A stretch of 36,239 nt of DNA, taken from contig CAZFCL010000001.1 in NCBI GenBank assembly GCA_964517705.1, positions 1-36,239 on the forward strand, in the 5' to 3' direction. The notes beneath the pieces are model-generated. The model was not told the origin of the DNA and searched no databases. It saw nothing but the letters and a program-made list of their open reading frames with translations. The position numbers were made by a program, and so were the translations under genes. This stretch comes from an uncultured Zetaproteobacteria bacterium (GTDB lineage Bacteria; Pseudomonadota; Zetaproteobacteria; Mariprofundales; Mariprofundaceae). Numbering within the stretch: position 1 is the stretch's first letter; every line of letters begins with the position of its first letter. Shown here piece by piece: positions 19,828 to 31,191 of this stretch.

Positions 19828-21396
19828 TCAGTGATGCGCAGCATCGAGCACAGGCAATGCCTGTACCAGCGCAGCAGCTGCATCTAGTTTACTTGTTGTA
19901 GCTTGAGCAATCAGATGCTCAACCGATACGTGCAACACATCCAGTACCGGCAGAGGGTAGAGACCCATCCAGAGGGTTAATAGCATCAGCGGGATAAAGA
20001 ACCCAAATTCGCGCGCTGTCATATCCTTCATAGACTTAACGGAATCCTTGATCAGATCACCCATAACAACCCGCTTATACATCCAGAGCGTGTAGCAAGC
20101 AGAGAGTACTACGCTTGTGGTTGCAGCAATCGCCACCCATTTGGTAGAGATATCCATATGAACAGGGTTTGCCTCAAAGGTACCAATCAGAACCATGATC
20201 TCACCCACAAATGCAGACGCCCCCGGCAGAGCCACATTGGCCATACAGAAGAAGAGCATCACAGCAGCAAATACCGGCATCACATTCACCACACCACCAT
20301 AGTCGCCAATCTCTCGCGTGTGCAGGCGATCATACATTACACCAACACAGAGGAAGAGTGCCGCTGCCACAAAGCCATGAGAGATCATGCCAATCACAGC
20401 TCCCTCAACAGCGGCTTGTGTAAACATGAAGGTGCCCAGCGTCACAAAGCCCATATGTGCAATGGATGAGTAGGCAATCAATCGCTTCATGTCACTCTGC
20501 ATCATCGCCACCAGTGAGATATAGACAATCGCCACCAGTGAAAGCGCTACCATGAATGGAACAAAGTACTGCGATGCATCCGGCAACATGGGCAGTGAAA
20601 AACGCAGAAACCCATACGCGCCCATTTTCAACAGGATGCCAGCCAGAATCACCGAACCAGCGGTCGGCGCCTCGGTATGTGCATCAGGCAACCAGGTATG
20701 TACTGGCCACATCGGAACCTTCACAGCAAAGGCGATAAAGAACGCAATAAATATCCATATCTGCCACTCAAGGTTGAACGGGTAGTCCATAAAGGAGAGA
20801 AGGCTGAAAGTTTTACCTGCCTCGAAATACATCGCTAAAAGCGCAACCAGCATCAGTACCGAGCCAGCTAATGTATAGAGGAAAAACTTGAGCGTTGCGT
20901 AGACGCGATTCTTACCGCCCCAAACACCAATAATCAGGTACATCGGAATCAGCAGTGCTTCCCAAAAGAAGTAGAAGAGCACTGCATCAAGTGATGAGAA
21001 CACGCCAATCAGCGTTGTCTCCAACACCAGAAATGCCAACATATACTCTTTTACGCGCTTCTCAATACAGCACCAGGCCGAAATGATACAGATAACGGTC
21101 AACAGGCTGGTAAGAATAATAAATGGCATGGATATGCCATCAACACCCAGCTGATAGTTGATATTAAATGTGGAGATCCAGGGGTGGAACTCCTCGAACT
21201 GCATATGTGCTGTTGTTTTATCGAACGACAGCGCCAGCGGCAAAGTCACGATAAAGGTAGCCACAGAAACTGCCAAACTTGCCCATCGAACAGCCATATC
21301 ACCGCGAACAAAGAGCCAAATAATCAACGCACCAGCCAGCGGCAGGAAGATGCTCAGTGAGAGAATCGGAAAGTCCAGAACGTTATGCAACTCCAT
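19828..21396 (-). CDS. nuoM: NADH-quinone oxidoreductase subunit M
   Basis: GVDGIS, FYFFWEA, VKVPMWPVHTWLPDAHTEAPT, FVGE. Confidence 0.98.
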   Translation of the reverse strand: MELHNVLDFPILSLSIFLPLAGALIIWLFVRGDMAVRWASLAVSVATFIVTLPLALSFDKTTAHMQFEEFHPWISTFNINYQLGVDGISMPFIILTSLLTVICIISAWCCIEKRVKEYMLAFLVLETTLIGVFSSLDAVLFYFFWEALLIPMYLIIGVWGGKNRVYATLKFFLYTLAGSVLMLVALLAMYFEAGKTFSLLSFMDYPFNLEWQIWIFIAFFIAFAVKVPMWPVHTWLPDAHTEAPTAGSVILAGILLKMGAYGFLRFSLPMLPDASQYFVPFMVALSLVAIVYISLVAMMQSDMKRLIAYSSIAHMGFVTLGTFMFTQAAVEGAVIGMISHGFVAAALFLCVGVMYDRLHTREIGDYGGVVNVMPVFAAVMLFFCMANVALPGASAFVGEIMVLIGTFEANPVHMDISTKWVAIAATTSVVLSACYTLWMYKRVVMGDLIKDSVKSMKDMTAREFGFFIPLMLLTLWMGLYPLPVLDVLHVSVEHLIAQATTSKLDAAAALVQALPVLDAAHH

Positions 21397-21406
21397 CTCT
21401 CTCCCC

Positions 21407-23422
21407 TTACGCCTGCAACAGCAGATAGGTCAGGAATCCGAAGACCCCTATCACCATCGCAAATGCATAGTGGTAAACCATACCGGTCTGCATGGCACGC
21501 ATACGTGCTGCTCCAGCCTTGATGTTATCGACAAGCCCTTTGTGAATTGCACCCTTATCAATGATGCCGAGATCAATTCCCTGCCAAAGCATGGTTCCTA
21601 GGCAGCGGGCAGGCCGCACAAAGATCTTTTCGTAGAGCTCATCCCAATACCACTTGTTCAACAGGAAGGTATATATCGGACCAGCAGCTGTAGCAATCTT
21701 CGCTGGCAGTTTGCTCTCTTTGAAATACATGAGGAAAGCAAGGCCAATGCCGCCAATAGCCAGCCAGAATGGCAACGTAAATGGTGCATGCAGCATCAAT
21801 GCTAGCGCACCGTGAGCACCACCCTCGGCAGCCATCGCCATCAATGGGTTGTGCGCATCGAGTACAAAGATCGAATCGCGGAAGTAGCCATTGACCACTT
21901 CAGGGTTGGCAATATCAAGGACTGAGATACCCCAAACACCTGAAACAACCGCACCGACCGCTAGAACGATCAACGGAATGGTAATTACCTTGGGTGATTC
22001 ATGCAGATGCTTTTTGGTATGCTCATCAACACGGTCAGAATTGTGGAACGTGAGGAAAAACATCCGGAAAGTATAAAAGGCAGTCATAAATACGCCTGTC
22101 AGAACAGCAAACGAGGCAAATGTACCAACCCAGCTAAGCTCACTGAACTCACGCACCATGGTGGCCTCGATAATCAAATCCTTCGAGAAGAAGCCTGCAA
22201 ATGGCGGCACACCAGCCAATGCAAGTGCTGCTAAGAACATCGTAATATAGGTAACTGGCATATACTTGCGAAGCTGGCCCATCTTACGAATATCCTGCTC
22301 AGCCATCACCGCATGAATCACAGAGCCAGCCGCCAGGAAAAGAAGCGCTTTGAAATAGGCGTGCGTCATAAGGTGGAAAATACCGGCAGAGTAAGCAGAC
22401 ACACCACAGGCCACAAACATGTAGCCGAGCTGTGAACAGGTCGAATAGGCAATCACTCGTTTAATATCATTCTGTACAAGACCAATGGTCGCGCACATCC
22501 AGGCAGTAATCGCGCCAACCAGCACCACGGCGGCAAGCGCAACTTCAGAGTACTCAAACATTGGAGATAGGCGCGCCACCATAAACACGCCTGCTGTCAC
22601 CATGGTTGCCGCATGGATCAGTGCCGAAATCGGGGTTGGGCCTTCCATTGAATCTGGCAGCCAGACATGCAGCGGTACCTGACCCGATTTGCCCATAGCG
22701 CCGACAAACAGTGCCAAACAGATGAAGGTGATTGCAGCCACCTCCCAGCCCATAAAACCAAGCGTGACATTCTGCGCCACAAATTCAGGCACCATCTCGA
22801 ACACAGCCTTATATTCCACCGAACCGAAGTAGTACCAAACCGCCAGGATACCAATAGCAAAACCAAAATCCCCGACCCGGTTAACAATAAATGCCTTTAT
22901 GGCGGCAGAGTTGGCACTCTCCCGCTTGTACCAGAAGCCAATGAGCAGATAGGAGAAGAGGCCCACAGCCTCCCAGCCAAAGAAGAGAGTGAAAAAGTTA
23001 TTGCCCATCACCAGCACCAGCATGGAGAAGGTAAAGGCAGAGATATAAGCAAAGAAACGTGGATAACCGGGGTCGCCATGCATATAGCCTATGGTGTAGA
23101 TATGCACACAAGCTGAAACAATAGTCACAGTCATCATCATAATGGCTGTCAGTGGATCAATCAGCATGCCCACCGGCACCACAAAGTCCCCAGCCAGCAT
23201 CCAGGTCCAGAAATTGCCGTGGAAAGAGGCACCATTCATCACCTGTACAAACACATGCACGGAAAGAATAGCAGCCAAAATGACCGAACCGGATGTGATG
23301 ATATGGGAGAGCTTATCCTTCAAGGCCCAGCCAAAAAGCCCGGCGACCAAAGCACCAAGCAATGGCAGCGCAGGAATGGCGAGCAGCTCAGTTGTACTCA
23401 GTGTTAATGCGGTCTCTTGCAC
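21407..23422 (-). CDS. nuoL: NADH-quinone oxidoreductase subunit L (GTG start)
   Basis: GWEAVG, NRVGDFG, KSGQVPLHVWLPDSMEGPTPISALIHAATMV, HAYFKALLFL. Confidence 0.98.
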   Translation of the reverse strand: MQETALTLSTTELLAIPALPLLGALVAGLFGWALKDKLSHIITSGSVILAAILSVHVFVQVMNGASFHGNFWTWMLAGDFVVPVGMLIDPLTAIMMMTVTIVSACVHIYTIGYMHGDPGYPRFFAYISAFTFSMLVLVMGNNFFTLFFGWEAVGLFSYLLIGFWYKRESANSAAIKAFIVNRVGDFGFAIGILAVWYYFGSVEYKAVFEMVPEFVAQNVTLGFMGWEVAAITFICLALFVGAMGKSGQVPLHVWLPDSMEGPTPISALIHAATMVTAGVFMVARLSPMFEYSEVALAAVVLVGAITAWMCATIGLVQNDIKRVIAYSTCSQLGYMFVACGVSAYSAGIFHLMTHAYFKALLFLAAGSVIHAVMAEQDIRKMGQLRKYMPVTYITMFLAALALAGVPPFAGFFSKDLIIEATMVREFSELSWVGTFASFAVLTGVFMTAFYTFRMFFLTFHNSDRVDEHTKKHLHESPKVITIPLIVLAVGAVVSGVWGISVLDIANPEVVNGYFRDSIFVLDAHNPLMAMAAEGGAHGALALMLHAPFTLPFWLAIGGIGLAFLMYFKESKLPAKIATAAGPIYTFLLNKWYWDELYEKIFVRPARCLGTMLWQGIDLGIIDKGAIHKGLVDNIKAGAARMRAMQTGMVYHYAFAMVIGVFGFLTYLLLQA

Positions 23423-23434
23423 TGCAACCCCTCC

Positions 23435-23740
23435 CTATCCCTGTAGTGTGTTAATGTCTTCAACTTCAATCGAACGACGTAGTCGATAGAAAGAGACAAG
23501 AATCGCAAGGCCGACTGCCACTTCACACGCAGCAACTGTTAGCACAAAGAATACAAAAATCTGGCCGGCGAGATCATTTAAAAAGTGTGAGAACGCAACA
23601 AGGTTGATGTTCACTGCCAACAGCAGCAGTTCAACACACATTAAAATTGTAATCACATTTTTCCGATTCAGGAACAGGCCAATTACACCCAGTGAGAAAA
23701 GGGCTGCAGCAACAATCAAGTATTGAGACAATCCAACCAT
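23435..23740 (-). CDS. nuoK: NADH-quinone oxidoreductase subunit K
   Basis: [32 protein letters not shown] at 23740 overlaps the nuoJ stop (alternative GTG at 23743). Confidence 0.97.
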   Translation of the reverse strand: MVGLSQYLIVAAALFSLGVIGLFLNRKNVITILMCVELLLLAVNINLVAFSHFLNDLAGQIFVFFVLTVAACEVAVGLAILVSFYRLRRSIEVEDINTLQG

Positions 23741-24324
23741 CACATGCTCACCTTACGTACACGATCTTCCCTGCGCACCTTCACCTGCTCACTCATATTC
23801 TGATACTTGGCGTCTTTACGATCACGAATCGTAAGCACAATCGCGCCGAGCAGTGCCACCAGCAGAATAATCGCTGCAATTTCAAAACCGAGTAGATACT
23901 TGGTATAAAGTATCTGGCCAATCTCCTTGGTGTTATTCACCTCTTGCCCAAAGTGTGCAGCCGTTGCCATAGTACCATCACTGAACACGCCGGAGCTGGA
24001 GGCGGCAATAAATTCAACCAAAAGAATGGCGGCAATCATACCCCCCAGCGGCAGGTATTGCAGAAAGCCTTCGCGCAGCTTGGCAGCATTAACTTCCAGC
24101 ATCATGATCACAAACATGAACAGCACCATCACAGCACCGACATAGATTAAAATAAGGATAATGCCGAGAAACTCCGCATCAAGCAGGAAAAACAGCCCAG
24201 ATGCATTAAAGAAGCAGAAGATCAGGAACATGACCGAGTGCATAGTATTACGCGCCAGCACCACGCCCATGCCGCCTAGCACAGACAAGCCGGCGAACAT
24301 GTAAAAAAACGCTGTTTCGAGCAT
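23740..24324 (-). CDS. nuoJ: NADH-quinone oxidoreductase subunit J
   Basis: [33 protein letters not shown]. Confidence 0.97.
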   Translation of the reverse strand: MLETAFFYMFAGLSVLGGMGVVLARNTMHSVMFLIFCFFNASGLFFLLDAEFLGIILILIYVGAVMVLFMFVIMMLEVNAAKLREGFLQYLPLGGMIAAILLVEFIAASSSGVFSDGTMATAAHFGQEVNNTKEIGQILYTKYLLGFEIAAIILLVALLGAIVLTIRDRKDAKYQNMSEQVKVRREDRVRKVSM

Positions 24325-24345
24325 CTCCCCTCCTAACTTCCGCGT

Positions 24346-24828
24346 CTACGAGTAGCGCGCATCGGCAGCAAGATTTGCCGCGATCTGCTTCTCATATCTA
24401 TCGCCATGGGCAAGCAACATATCTTTTGTGTAGTAGAGACCATCGCGAGCTTCACATGAGTATTCAAATTCCTGCGTCTCAACAATGGCATCAACCGGAC
24501 ACGCCTCCTGACAAAAACCACAATAAATACATTTGGAAAAATCGATATCATAACGAGTCGTACGGCGCGAACCATCTTCCCGCTCTTCTGACTCAATCAT
24601 AATCGCTGTTGCCGGACAGACCACTTCGCATAGTTTACATGCAATACAGCGCTCCTCACCCGATTCATAACGGCGCAGCGCATGCAAGCCGCGAAAGCGC
24701 GGGGAGAGTGGTGTCCTCTCTTCAGGGTATTCCACAGTAATTTTTTTCTTGAATAGGTAGCGACCTGTCACCGAAAGGCCAATCAGTAATTCCCACAGAA
24801 ACCAGGTCTTAAAAGCTCGTTTCAGCAT
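24346..24828 (-). CDS. nuoI: NADH-quinone oxidoreductase subunit I
   Basis: Two CxxCxxCxxxCP motifs and [10 protein letters not shown]. Start placed at ATG 24828 after the GGAGGT SD. Confidence 0.98.
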   Translation of the reverse strand: MLKRAFKTWFLWELLIGLSVTGRYLFKKKITVEYPEERTPLSPRFRGLHALRRYESGEERCIACKLCEVVCPATAIMIESEEREDGSRRTTRYDIDFSKCIYCGFCQEACPVDAIVETQEFEYSCEARDGLYYTKDMLLAHGDRYEKQIAANLAADARYS

Positions 24829-24832
24829 GCCA

Positions 24833-25894
24833 TCACCTCCACGCCAGCCAGAAATCAATAATGGAATCGAGGCCTGGCGTATAAATGAATATGCCAACAA
24901 CAAAAATCCAACCCAGTGTCCAAGGCAGGAATATCTTCCAACCAAGGCGCATCATCTGGTCATAACGATAGCGCGGGAATGTAGCCCGGAACCAGATAAA
25001 GACGAAAATCAGGAAGGCTGCTTTACCCAGCAACCAGACTGTTCCCGGAATAAAGTCGAGCGCAGGAATCGGTGCATACCAGCCACCCAAGAAAAGGATC
25101 GAAGTCATCAAGCTGATCAAGATCATGGCGCCATATTCGGCCAACGAGAAAGTAGCGAACCACATGCCGGAATATTCAGTATGGTATCCAGATACCAGCT
25201 CTTCAGTCTCTGTAAGATCGAATGGAGTACGACCCACTTCCGCACAACCGGAGATGAAGTAGACCATCAGCATTGGAAACAGCGGAATCATGTACCAGTG
25301 CAAGATACCACCCGCCTGTGCATGCACGATCTCTGATAGATTCAACGATCCAGCTAACATCATGACAGTCACAAGGCCAAAGCCCATGGAGATTTCATAA
25401 GAGATCATCTGGCAGGTGGAACGAATAGAGCCGACAATCGGATATTTTGAGTTAGATGCCCAGCCCGCCATCAGAACACCATAGATGGAGAGTGATGAAA
25501 TCGCCATCACATAGAGAAGTCCCATATTAAGGTTGGCAATCGCCATCACATGCGGTGTTTCCCAAATGCCAAATAGCGATGTTTCGCCAAAGGGGACCAC
25601 AGCAAAGGCAATCAGCGCAGGAACCAGAGAGAGTATAGGTGCGCCGACAAAAAGCAGCCTGTTGGCGCGCGCTGGAATAATGGTCTCTTTTAGGAATAGC
25701 TTCAGACCATCAGCAAGCGGCTGCAGCAGACCTGCAGGACCAACCCGATTACAACCTTTGCGCACCTGAACCCAGCCGATAACACGACGTTCCACATAAG
25801 TGATATAAGCAACCGATAGCGCAACGGGCACGGCAATCGCCAAAATCTCCAACGTCCAGATGCCTGCCTGAATAGCCATATCAGCTATACTCAT
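24833..25894 (-). CDS. nuoH: NADH-quinone oxidoreductase subunit H
   Basis: [46 protein letters not shown]. Confidence 0.97.
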   Translation of the reverse strand: MSIADMAIQAGIWTLEILAIAVPVALSVAYITYVERRVIGWVQVRKGCNRVGPAGLLQPLADGLKLFLKETIIPARANRLLFVGAPILSLVPALIAFAVVPFGETSLFGIWETPHVMAIANLNMGLLYVMAISSLSIYGVLMAGWASNSKYPIVGSIRSTCQMISYEISMGFGLVTVMMLAGSLNLSEIVHAQAGGILHWYMIPLFPMLMVYFISGCAEVGRTPFDLTETEELVSGYHTEYSGMWFATFSLAEYGAMILISLMTSILFLGGWYAPIPALDFIPGTVWLLGKAAFLIFVFIWFRATFPRYRYDQMMRLGWKIFLPWTLGWIFVVGIFIYTPGLDSIIDFWLAWR

Positions 25895-28242
25895 TCTGTA
25901 CCCCCAACAATCGAGACTGCCGTGACATCAGACAAATCACCAGCCACGCCGCGCTTAGCAACAAACAGAACACCCGGGGCAACATCTTCGCGCACACCAA
26001 TATTGAGCACCTGTTCGCCAAGGAAGGAGTTAACCTTCAATTCACCAGCGCTCAAACCTTTAGCCGCAAGCGTATCTGGATGCACCAAAACTTCATCCAG
26101 CGCATTGATACGCCCCGCCTCAGAGAGAAGATCAGAAGCCCGTGCCCACATTCCCTCACGGTACATGGAGTAGCGACTTACAAGGTCCAGCTCAAAACTG
26201 TCTGTTCTGGATGCAGGTAGCGCCACAACATCCCGATTTCGGCCCGGTGCAACCAAGGCATCGCTGCCATCGTGCCACGCAGCAGACAGCTCTGGAGAAT
26301 GGTTGCAAACTGCCTGGCGAAGCTCATCCAGATTGACGACAGGCACCTCTTTACCCATCGACTGGATCAACCGCATCATCACCTTCCAGAGTGGGCGCTC
26401 CTGCCCAAGCGACTTGATTGGGTTGGTCGCAACACGAACACGCCCTTCCATATTTACGAATGTGCCTTCAATCTCGGAGTAGGCCGCTGCTGGAAGTTGA
26501 ACTTCGGCATATTTCCCCATCTCACCAGAGATGGAGCCAACCTGAACCAATGGTACATTTTTAAGCGCCGCCTTAGCTGCTGAAGGAAACAGCCCATCCC
26601 CAACCGGATCGTTACCGATCAGAATAAGCGCATCAACTTCACCGGCGGAGGCCTGTGAAAGTATCTCGCCTGTGCTGGTACGCACATCGGCAAATACGGT
26701 GGACAGCACCTGTGCATTCATTCCCTCAGAGATAAGATTGCGGCCATCATTACCAACCTCAGCGTGTCCACAGGCACGCATCAGAAGGTCAAGACCGTAA
26801 ATGAGTGATGCTGCATCTTCGTGTGAACGAATCTCTTCACCCACCAGCAACGCACAGCTATCACCCATCAACGCATCAGCAAGGACTTTACCCGCCTCAT
26901 GGCGTTCGGGGACAACCTGTAACCACCCATCAAAACCGGCTGCTGACTTACCAACATTAGAGACCTGTTCCATCGCCCTTGCAATGACAGCATGCCAGTC
27001 ACGCGGACGGATCAATGCATCACTACTGATCTCCATATTCATGCGATAGTTCATGGCGCCAATACGAGAAACAGGCCTGCCGGCACGACTACGCTTACGC
27101 AATCTTTGCATAAGCAGAGGCAGTCGCTGACGAAGATCGGAACCCAGAATCACAACCTGATCAGCACCTTCAATCCGGCTGGTGGTGGCTGCTAGGCCTT
27201 CTTCAAAAGCAAACGGGCGCATATCACGACGGTGAAGATCAAAAGCAACCTTGGAGCCGGGGAATAGTGCATCACGCATTAGGCGAATCGCCATCTGTCC
27301 CTCAATACTCCACTGTGATGAGAAGATAATTCCCACCTTCTTATCTTTCAGAAGCTCTACGGATCGACCAAAGGCCTCATCCCAATCAACCGCCTGCAAC
27401 CCATTTTTCTGACGCACCTGCGGCTCCAGAATACGATCATTTGAACGGAAGGCATCATAGATAAAGCGCCCTCGATCGCATATCCACGGCTCAGGGCTTT
27501 CGTCAACCGGGCGAATACGCATCACCTCATCGCCACGCGATTCAATGGAAATATCGCAACCATTTGGGCACTGGGTACAGGTGCTTTTATGGCGAGTCAT
27601 CTCCCATGGACGAGACACATCATGCGAGGGCTTATCAAGCAACGCACCAACCGGACAGATATCAGGAAGGTTGCCGGAGAGCTCGGATGAGAGCGCCTCC
27701 TCAACAATACCATTAATCGCCATGTGATCGGAGCGATTCAGAACACCTATATCCTCTGTGCCAGCCACCTCATCAGCAAAGCGCACACAGCGAGTACAGT
27801 GAATACAGCGGGTCATGCAAGTGTTTACAAACGGGCCGAGATTGTAGTTGATCGCCGCACGCTTAGGCTCTGCGTAGCGCCCCTTCGACGTGCCGTGCTC
27901 CACAGCATAATCCTGCAGCTTACAACTACCGCCCTGATCACAGACAGGGCAGTCAAGTGGATGGTGAATCAGAAGGTACTCCATGATCATCTCGCGATCT
28001 TTGGCCAATCCCTCACTTTGCGTGGTCACCTTCATCCCTTCGGATACCGGCGTGCAACAAGAGGCAGCAGGTTTGGCCCACCCTTCAACTTCGACAAGAC
28101 ACATGCGGCAGTTAGCTGCCACAGAGAGCTCTGGGTGATAACAGAAGTATGGAACATCTGCGCCATTCTGGCGACACGCCTCCAGAATGCTGGTTCCCGG
28201 TGTTACTTCGACTTCTTTGTCATTAATGAATAGCGAGGTCAT
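25891..28242 (-). CDS. nuoG: NADH-quinone oxidoreductase subunit G
   Basis: N1b CYH...NCRMC...C, N5 HPLDCPVCDQGGSC, N4 CIHCTRC...CP, and an additional CTQCPNGC...C motif. Confidence 0.97.
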   Translation of the reverse strand: MTSLFINDKEVEVTPGTSILEACRQNGADVPYFCYHPELSVAANCRMCLVEVEGWAKPAASCCTPVSEGMKVTTQSEGLAKDREMIMEYLLIHHPLDCPVCDQGGSCKLQDYAVEHGTSKGRYAEPKRAAINYNLGPFVNTCMTRCIHCTRCVRFADEVAGTEDIGVLNRSDHMAINGIVEEALSSELSGNLPDICPVGALLDKPSHDVSRPWEMTRHKSTCTQCPNGCDISIESRGDEVMRIRPVDESPEPWICDRGRFIYDAFRSNDRILEPQVRQKNGLQAVDWDEAFGRSVELLKDKKVGIIFSSQWSIEGQMAIRLMRDALFPGSKVAFDLHRRDMRPFAFEEGLAATTSRIEGADQVVILGSDLRQRLPLLMQRLRKRSRAGRPVSRIGAMNYRMNMEISSDALIRPRDWHAVIARAMEQVSNVGKSAAGFDGWLQVVPERHEAGKVLADALMGDSCALLVGEEIRSHEDAASLIYGLDLLMRACGHAEVGNDGRNLISEGMNAQVLSTVFADVRTSTGEILSQASAGEVDALILIGNDPVGDGLFPSAAKAALKNVPLVQVGSISGEMGKYAEVQLPAAAYSEIEGTFVNMEGRVRVATNPIKSLGQERPLWKVMMRLIQSMGKEVPVVNLDELRQAVCNHSPELSAAWHDGSDALVAPGRNRDVVALPASRTDSFELDLVSRYSMYREGMWARASDLLSEAGRINALDEVLVHPDTLAAKGLSAGELKVNSFLGEQVLNIGVREDVAPGVLFVAKRGVAGDLSDVTAVSIVGGTE

Positions 28243-29519
28243 GCCACTCCCTCCGCCAGACGAGCCTTCACCTCTTCAGGGAAATGTTTGAGCAGGGAGA
28301 GAACAGGGGCCGCTGCACCCTCCGCCAATGCGCAGATCGTGCGGCCAGCCATATGTTCAGATGCATCCTTCAGCACCTGAAGATCATCGCCGCAACCCTC
28401 TCCACCTTCAACGCGCTTCATGACACGCTCCAGCCAACCAGTACCCTCACGACATGGTGTACATTGACCACAAGACTCATGTGCATAGAAGTGAGACAGT
28501 CGGCGAGTTAGAGCAATAAGATCAGCTGTTTCATCCATCACGATGATTGCGCCAGAACCAAGAAATGAGCCTGCTTTCATCAAGTCGTCGTAAGTCAGTG
28601 GCGTATCATAGTGCTCGGCAGTCAACCATGGCGTAGATGAGCCGCCCGGAATAATCACCTTGGGCAGAGTACCGTGCTGCAATCCGCCGCACTGCTCCTC
28701 AATTAACGTCTTCAGTGAAGTGCCCATTGGCACCTCGTAGTTGCCAGGATTGTTAACGTGGCCTGAAACTGAGAAAATCTTACAGCCAGTATTATTCGGA
28801 ATACCAATTGAGGCGTGCCACTCACCGCCAAACTTCAAAATAGCAGGAACCGTAGCGAGGGTCTCAACATTGTTGACTACAGTCGGGCTACGATAGAAGC
28901 CCTCAACAGCAGGGAATGGCGGCTTAAAACGTGGGCGACCAGGCTTACCTTCAAGCGATTCGATCAGCGCTGTCTCTTCACCGCAAACATAAGCGCCAGC
29001 GCCACGGTGCACTGTCAGATTCATCGAATAGCCACTACCAAGAATATTCTCGCCCAACAGGTTGGCATCATACGCCTCGCGAATCGCCTCATTCAGCACA
29101 TTTGCCTCATGCAGAAACTCACCGCGAATGTAGATGTAGGCATCCCGCACATCGAGTGCAAAACCGGCCATGATCATGCCTTCAATCAGCAAGTGTGGAT
29201 CAAAGCGCATAATATCGCGATCCTTGAAGGTTCCCGGCTCACCCTCGTCAGCATTGCATAATAGATAGGTCGGCTTGCCAGAATTGCGCGGTACAAACGA
29301 CCACTTCAACCCGGTCGGAAAACCAGCACCACCACGCCCCCGAAGACCGGAGGTTTTCATCTCGTCAATAATCTTTGCCGAATCAAACTCCTTGAGTACT
29401 GTCGGCAAAAACTCGTAGGCGCCATTCTCACGTGCTACCGAAAGTTTTCTCTGATCCGGGATACTGATGCGGTCAAAGCAGATCTGTGTTACCTGTTTTG
29501 GGTCAGAGGAGATAGTCAT
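28239..29519 (-). CDS. nuoF: NADH-quinone oxidoreductase subunit F
   Basis: GRGGAGFPTGLKW, NADEGEPGTFKDR, GEETAL, ESCGQCTPCREG...ICAL. Confidence 0.98.
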   Translation of the reverse strand: MTISSDPKQVTQICFDRISIPDQRKLSVARENGAYEFLPTVLKEFDSAKIIDEMKTSGLRGRGGAGFPTGLKWSFVPRNSGKPTYLLCNADEGEPGTFKDRDIMRFDPHLLIEGMIMAGFALDVRDAYIYIRGEFLHEANVLNEAIREAYDANLLGENILGSGYSMNLTVHRGAGAYVCGEETALIESLEGKPGRPRFKPPFPAVEGFYRSPTVVNNVETLATVPAILKFGGEWHASIGIPNNTGCKIFSVSGHVNNPGNYEVPMGTSLKTLIEEQCGGLQHGTLPKVIIPGGSSTPWLTAEHYDTPLTYDDLMKAGSFLGSGAIIVMDETADLIALTRRLSHFYAHESCGQCTPCREGTGWLERVMKRVEGGEGCGDDLQVLKDASEHMAGRTICALAEGAAAPVLSLLKHFPEEVKARLAEGVA

Positions 29520-30016
29520 GCACTCCCTCCTTCTGCACGCTTCTCAGCAATCAGCGCATCCATAGATTCAGATGTCGCCTTTTCATGATAAATATTATTT
29601 ACCTGCACAACAGGCGCACCCCCACAAGCACCCGCACACTCCACCTCAGCTATTGTAAACATGCCGTCCGGTGTAGTTTCACCCAGTCTAATACCAAGCG
29701 TGTCGCACATATGGTCCACAAGCTCATAAGCACCGTTCAGCATACAGCCTGCATTGGTACAAACCTCCAAGAGGTATTCGCCAGAGGGCTGCTCACGAAA
29801 CATGGTGTAGAATGTAACGACCTCACGAACCCTCATCAGATGTATACCTAAAAGATCTGCAATCATCTGCTGCGCTTCCATGGAGATGTGGCCGAAGTCC
29901 TCCTGCGCCATATAGAGCACAGGCATCAGGGCGGACTGCGCCCCCGGATAACGCTTTACCAGCTCGGCAATTTCAGCCAGCCGCTCGTCACTGAAACGAA
30001 CCGCATCTGAACTCAT
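29516..30016 (-). CDS. nuoE: NADH-quinone oxidoreductase subunit E
   Basis: VVTFYTMF and [2Fe-2S] ligands CTNAGC...CAGAC. Confidence 0.97.
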   Translation of the reverse strand: MSSDAVRFSDERLAEIAELVKRYPGAQSALMPVLYMAQEDFGHISMEAQQMIADLLGIHLMRVREVVTFYTMFREQPSGEYLLEVCTNAGCMLNGAYELVDHMCDTLGIRLGETTPDGMFTIAEVECAGACGGAPVVQVNNIYHEKATSESMDALIAEKRAEGGSA

Positions 30017-31191
30017 CGGTCAACCTCCCCAAACACAATATCCTGCGTTCCTAGAATCGCCACCACATCGGCAATCATGTGCCCACGACACATATAATCC
30101 AGCGCCTCAATATGAGCAAAGCCAGGGGCACGCACCTTCATCCTGTACGGCTTATTGGAACCATCCGAAACAATATAGACACCAAACTCACCCTTTGGGT
30201 GTTCAACTGCCTGATAAACATCGCCAGCAGGGACATGGAAGCCTTCCTGAAAATATTTGAAGTGGTGAATCAAAGCTTCCATATCACCCTTCATCTCAGC
30301 ACGTTTCGGGTTGGTCAGCTTATAATCTTCCACCTTCACTGGGCCAGGATTATTCTCCAACCACTCGATGCACTGCATGATAATGCGATTGGACTCGCGC
30401 ATCTCTTCGACACGCACTAGGTAGCGATCGTAGCAATCGCCGGTAGCACCAACTGGAATATCAAATTCAACTTTATCGTAGGCATCATACGGCTGCTTCT
30501 TGCGCAGATCCCACTCAACACCGGAGCCCCGAACCATCGGGCCGGTGAAGCCCCAATCAAGTGCAGCCTGTTTATCGACAATCGCAATATCGACATTGCG
30601 CTGCTTCCAGATGCGGTTCTCAGTTAGAAGTGTCTCATACTCATCGACACAGCCGGGGAAACGCTCGGTGAAAGACTTGATCTTGGCCAGCAGCCCATCC
30701 GGAAGGTCTTTACTCACGCCGCCCGGGCGGAAGTAGGCTGCATGCATGCGTGCGCCGCTCACCTCTTCGTAGAAATCGAAGATATCCTCACGCTCACGGA
30801 AGCAGTAGAGAAACACTGTCATCGCGCCAATATCAAGTGCTACCGCACCCAACCACATGCAGTGGTTTAGAATGCGGGTAAGCTCAGCATACATGGTACG
30901 AATATACTGTGCGCGCTCCGGCGCCTCGATACCAAGCAGCTTCTCGACTGCCAGCGCATATGCATGCTCATTGGCCATCATTGAGACATAATCAAAGCGA
31001 TCAAAATAGGGAACATTTTGTAGGTAAGTTTTGTACTCAAACAGTTTCTCGGTACCGCGGTGCAGCAGGCCAATATGCGGATCAGCTTTCTCCACCACCT
31101 CGCCATCCAGCTCCAACACCAACCGCAACACGCCATGCGCTGCTGGGTGCTGAGGCCCAAAGTTCAGGGTATAATTTTTAATCTCAGCCAC
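30013..31191 (-). CDS. nuoD: NADH-quinone oxidoreductase subunit D (not fused to C)
   Basis: [26 protein letters not shown]. Start placed at GTG 31191 (MAEIKNYT), overlapping the nuoC end. Confidence 0.97.
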   Translation of the reverse strand: MAEIKNYTLNFGPQHPAAHGVLRLVLELDGEVVEKADPHIGLLHRGTEKLFEYKTYLQNVPYFDRFDYVSMMANEHAYALAVEKLLGIEAPERAQYIRTMYAELTRILNHCMWLGAVALDIGAMTVFLYCFREREDIFDFYEEVSGARMHAAYFRPGGVSKDLPDGLLAKIKSFTERFPGCVDEYETLLTENRIWKQRNVDIAIVDKQAALDWGFTGPMVRGSGVEWDLRKKQPYDAYDKVEFDIPVGATGDCYDRYLVRVEEMRESNRIIMQCIEWLENNPGPVKVEDYKLTNPKRAEMKGDMEALIHHFKYFQEGFHVPAGDVYQAVEHPKGEFGVYIVSDGSNKPYRMKVRAPGFAHIEALDYMCRGHMIADVVAILGTQDIVFGEVDR

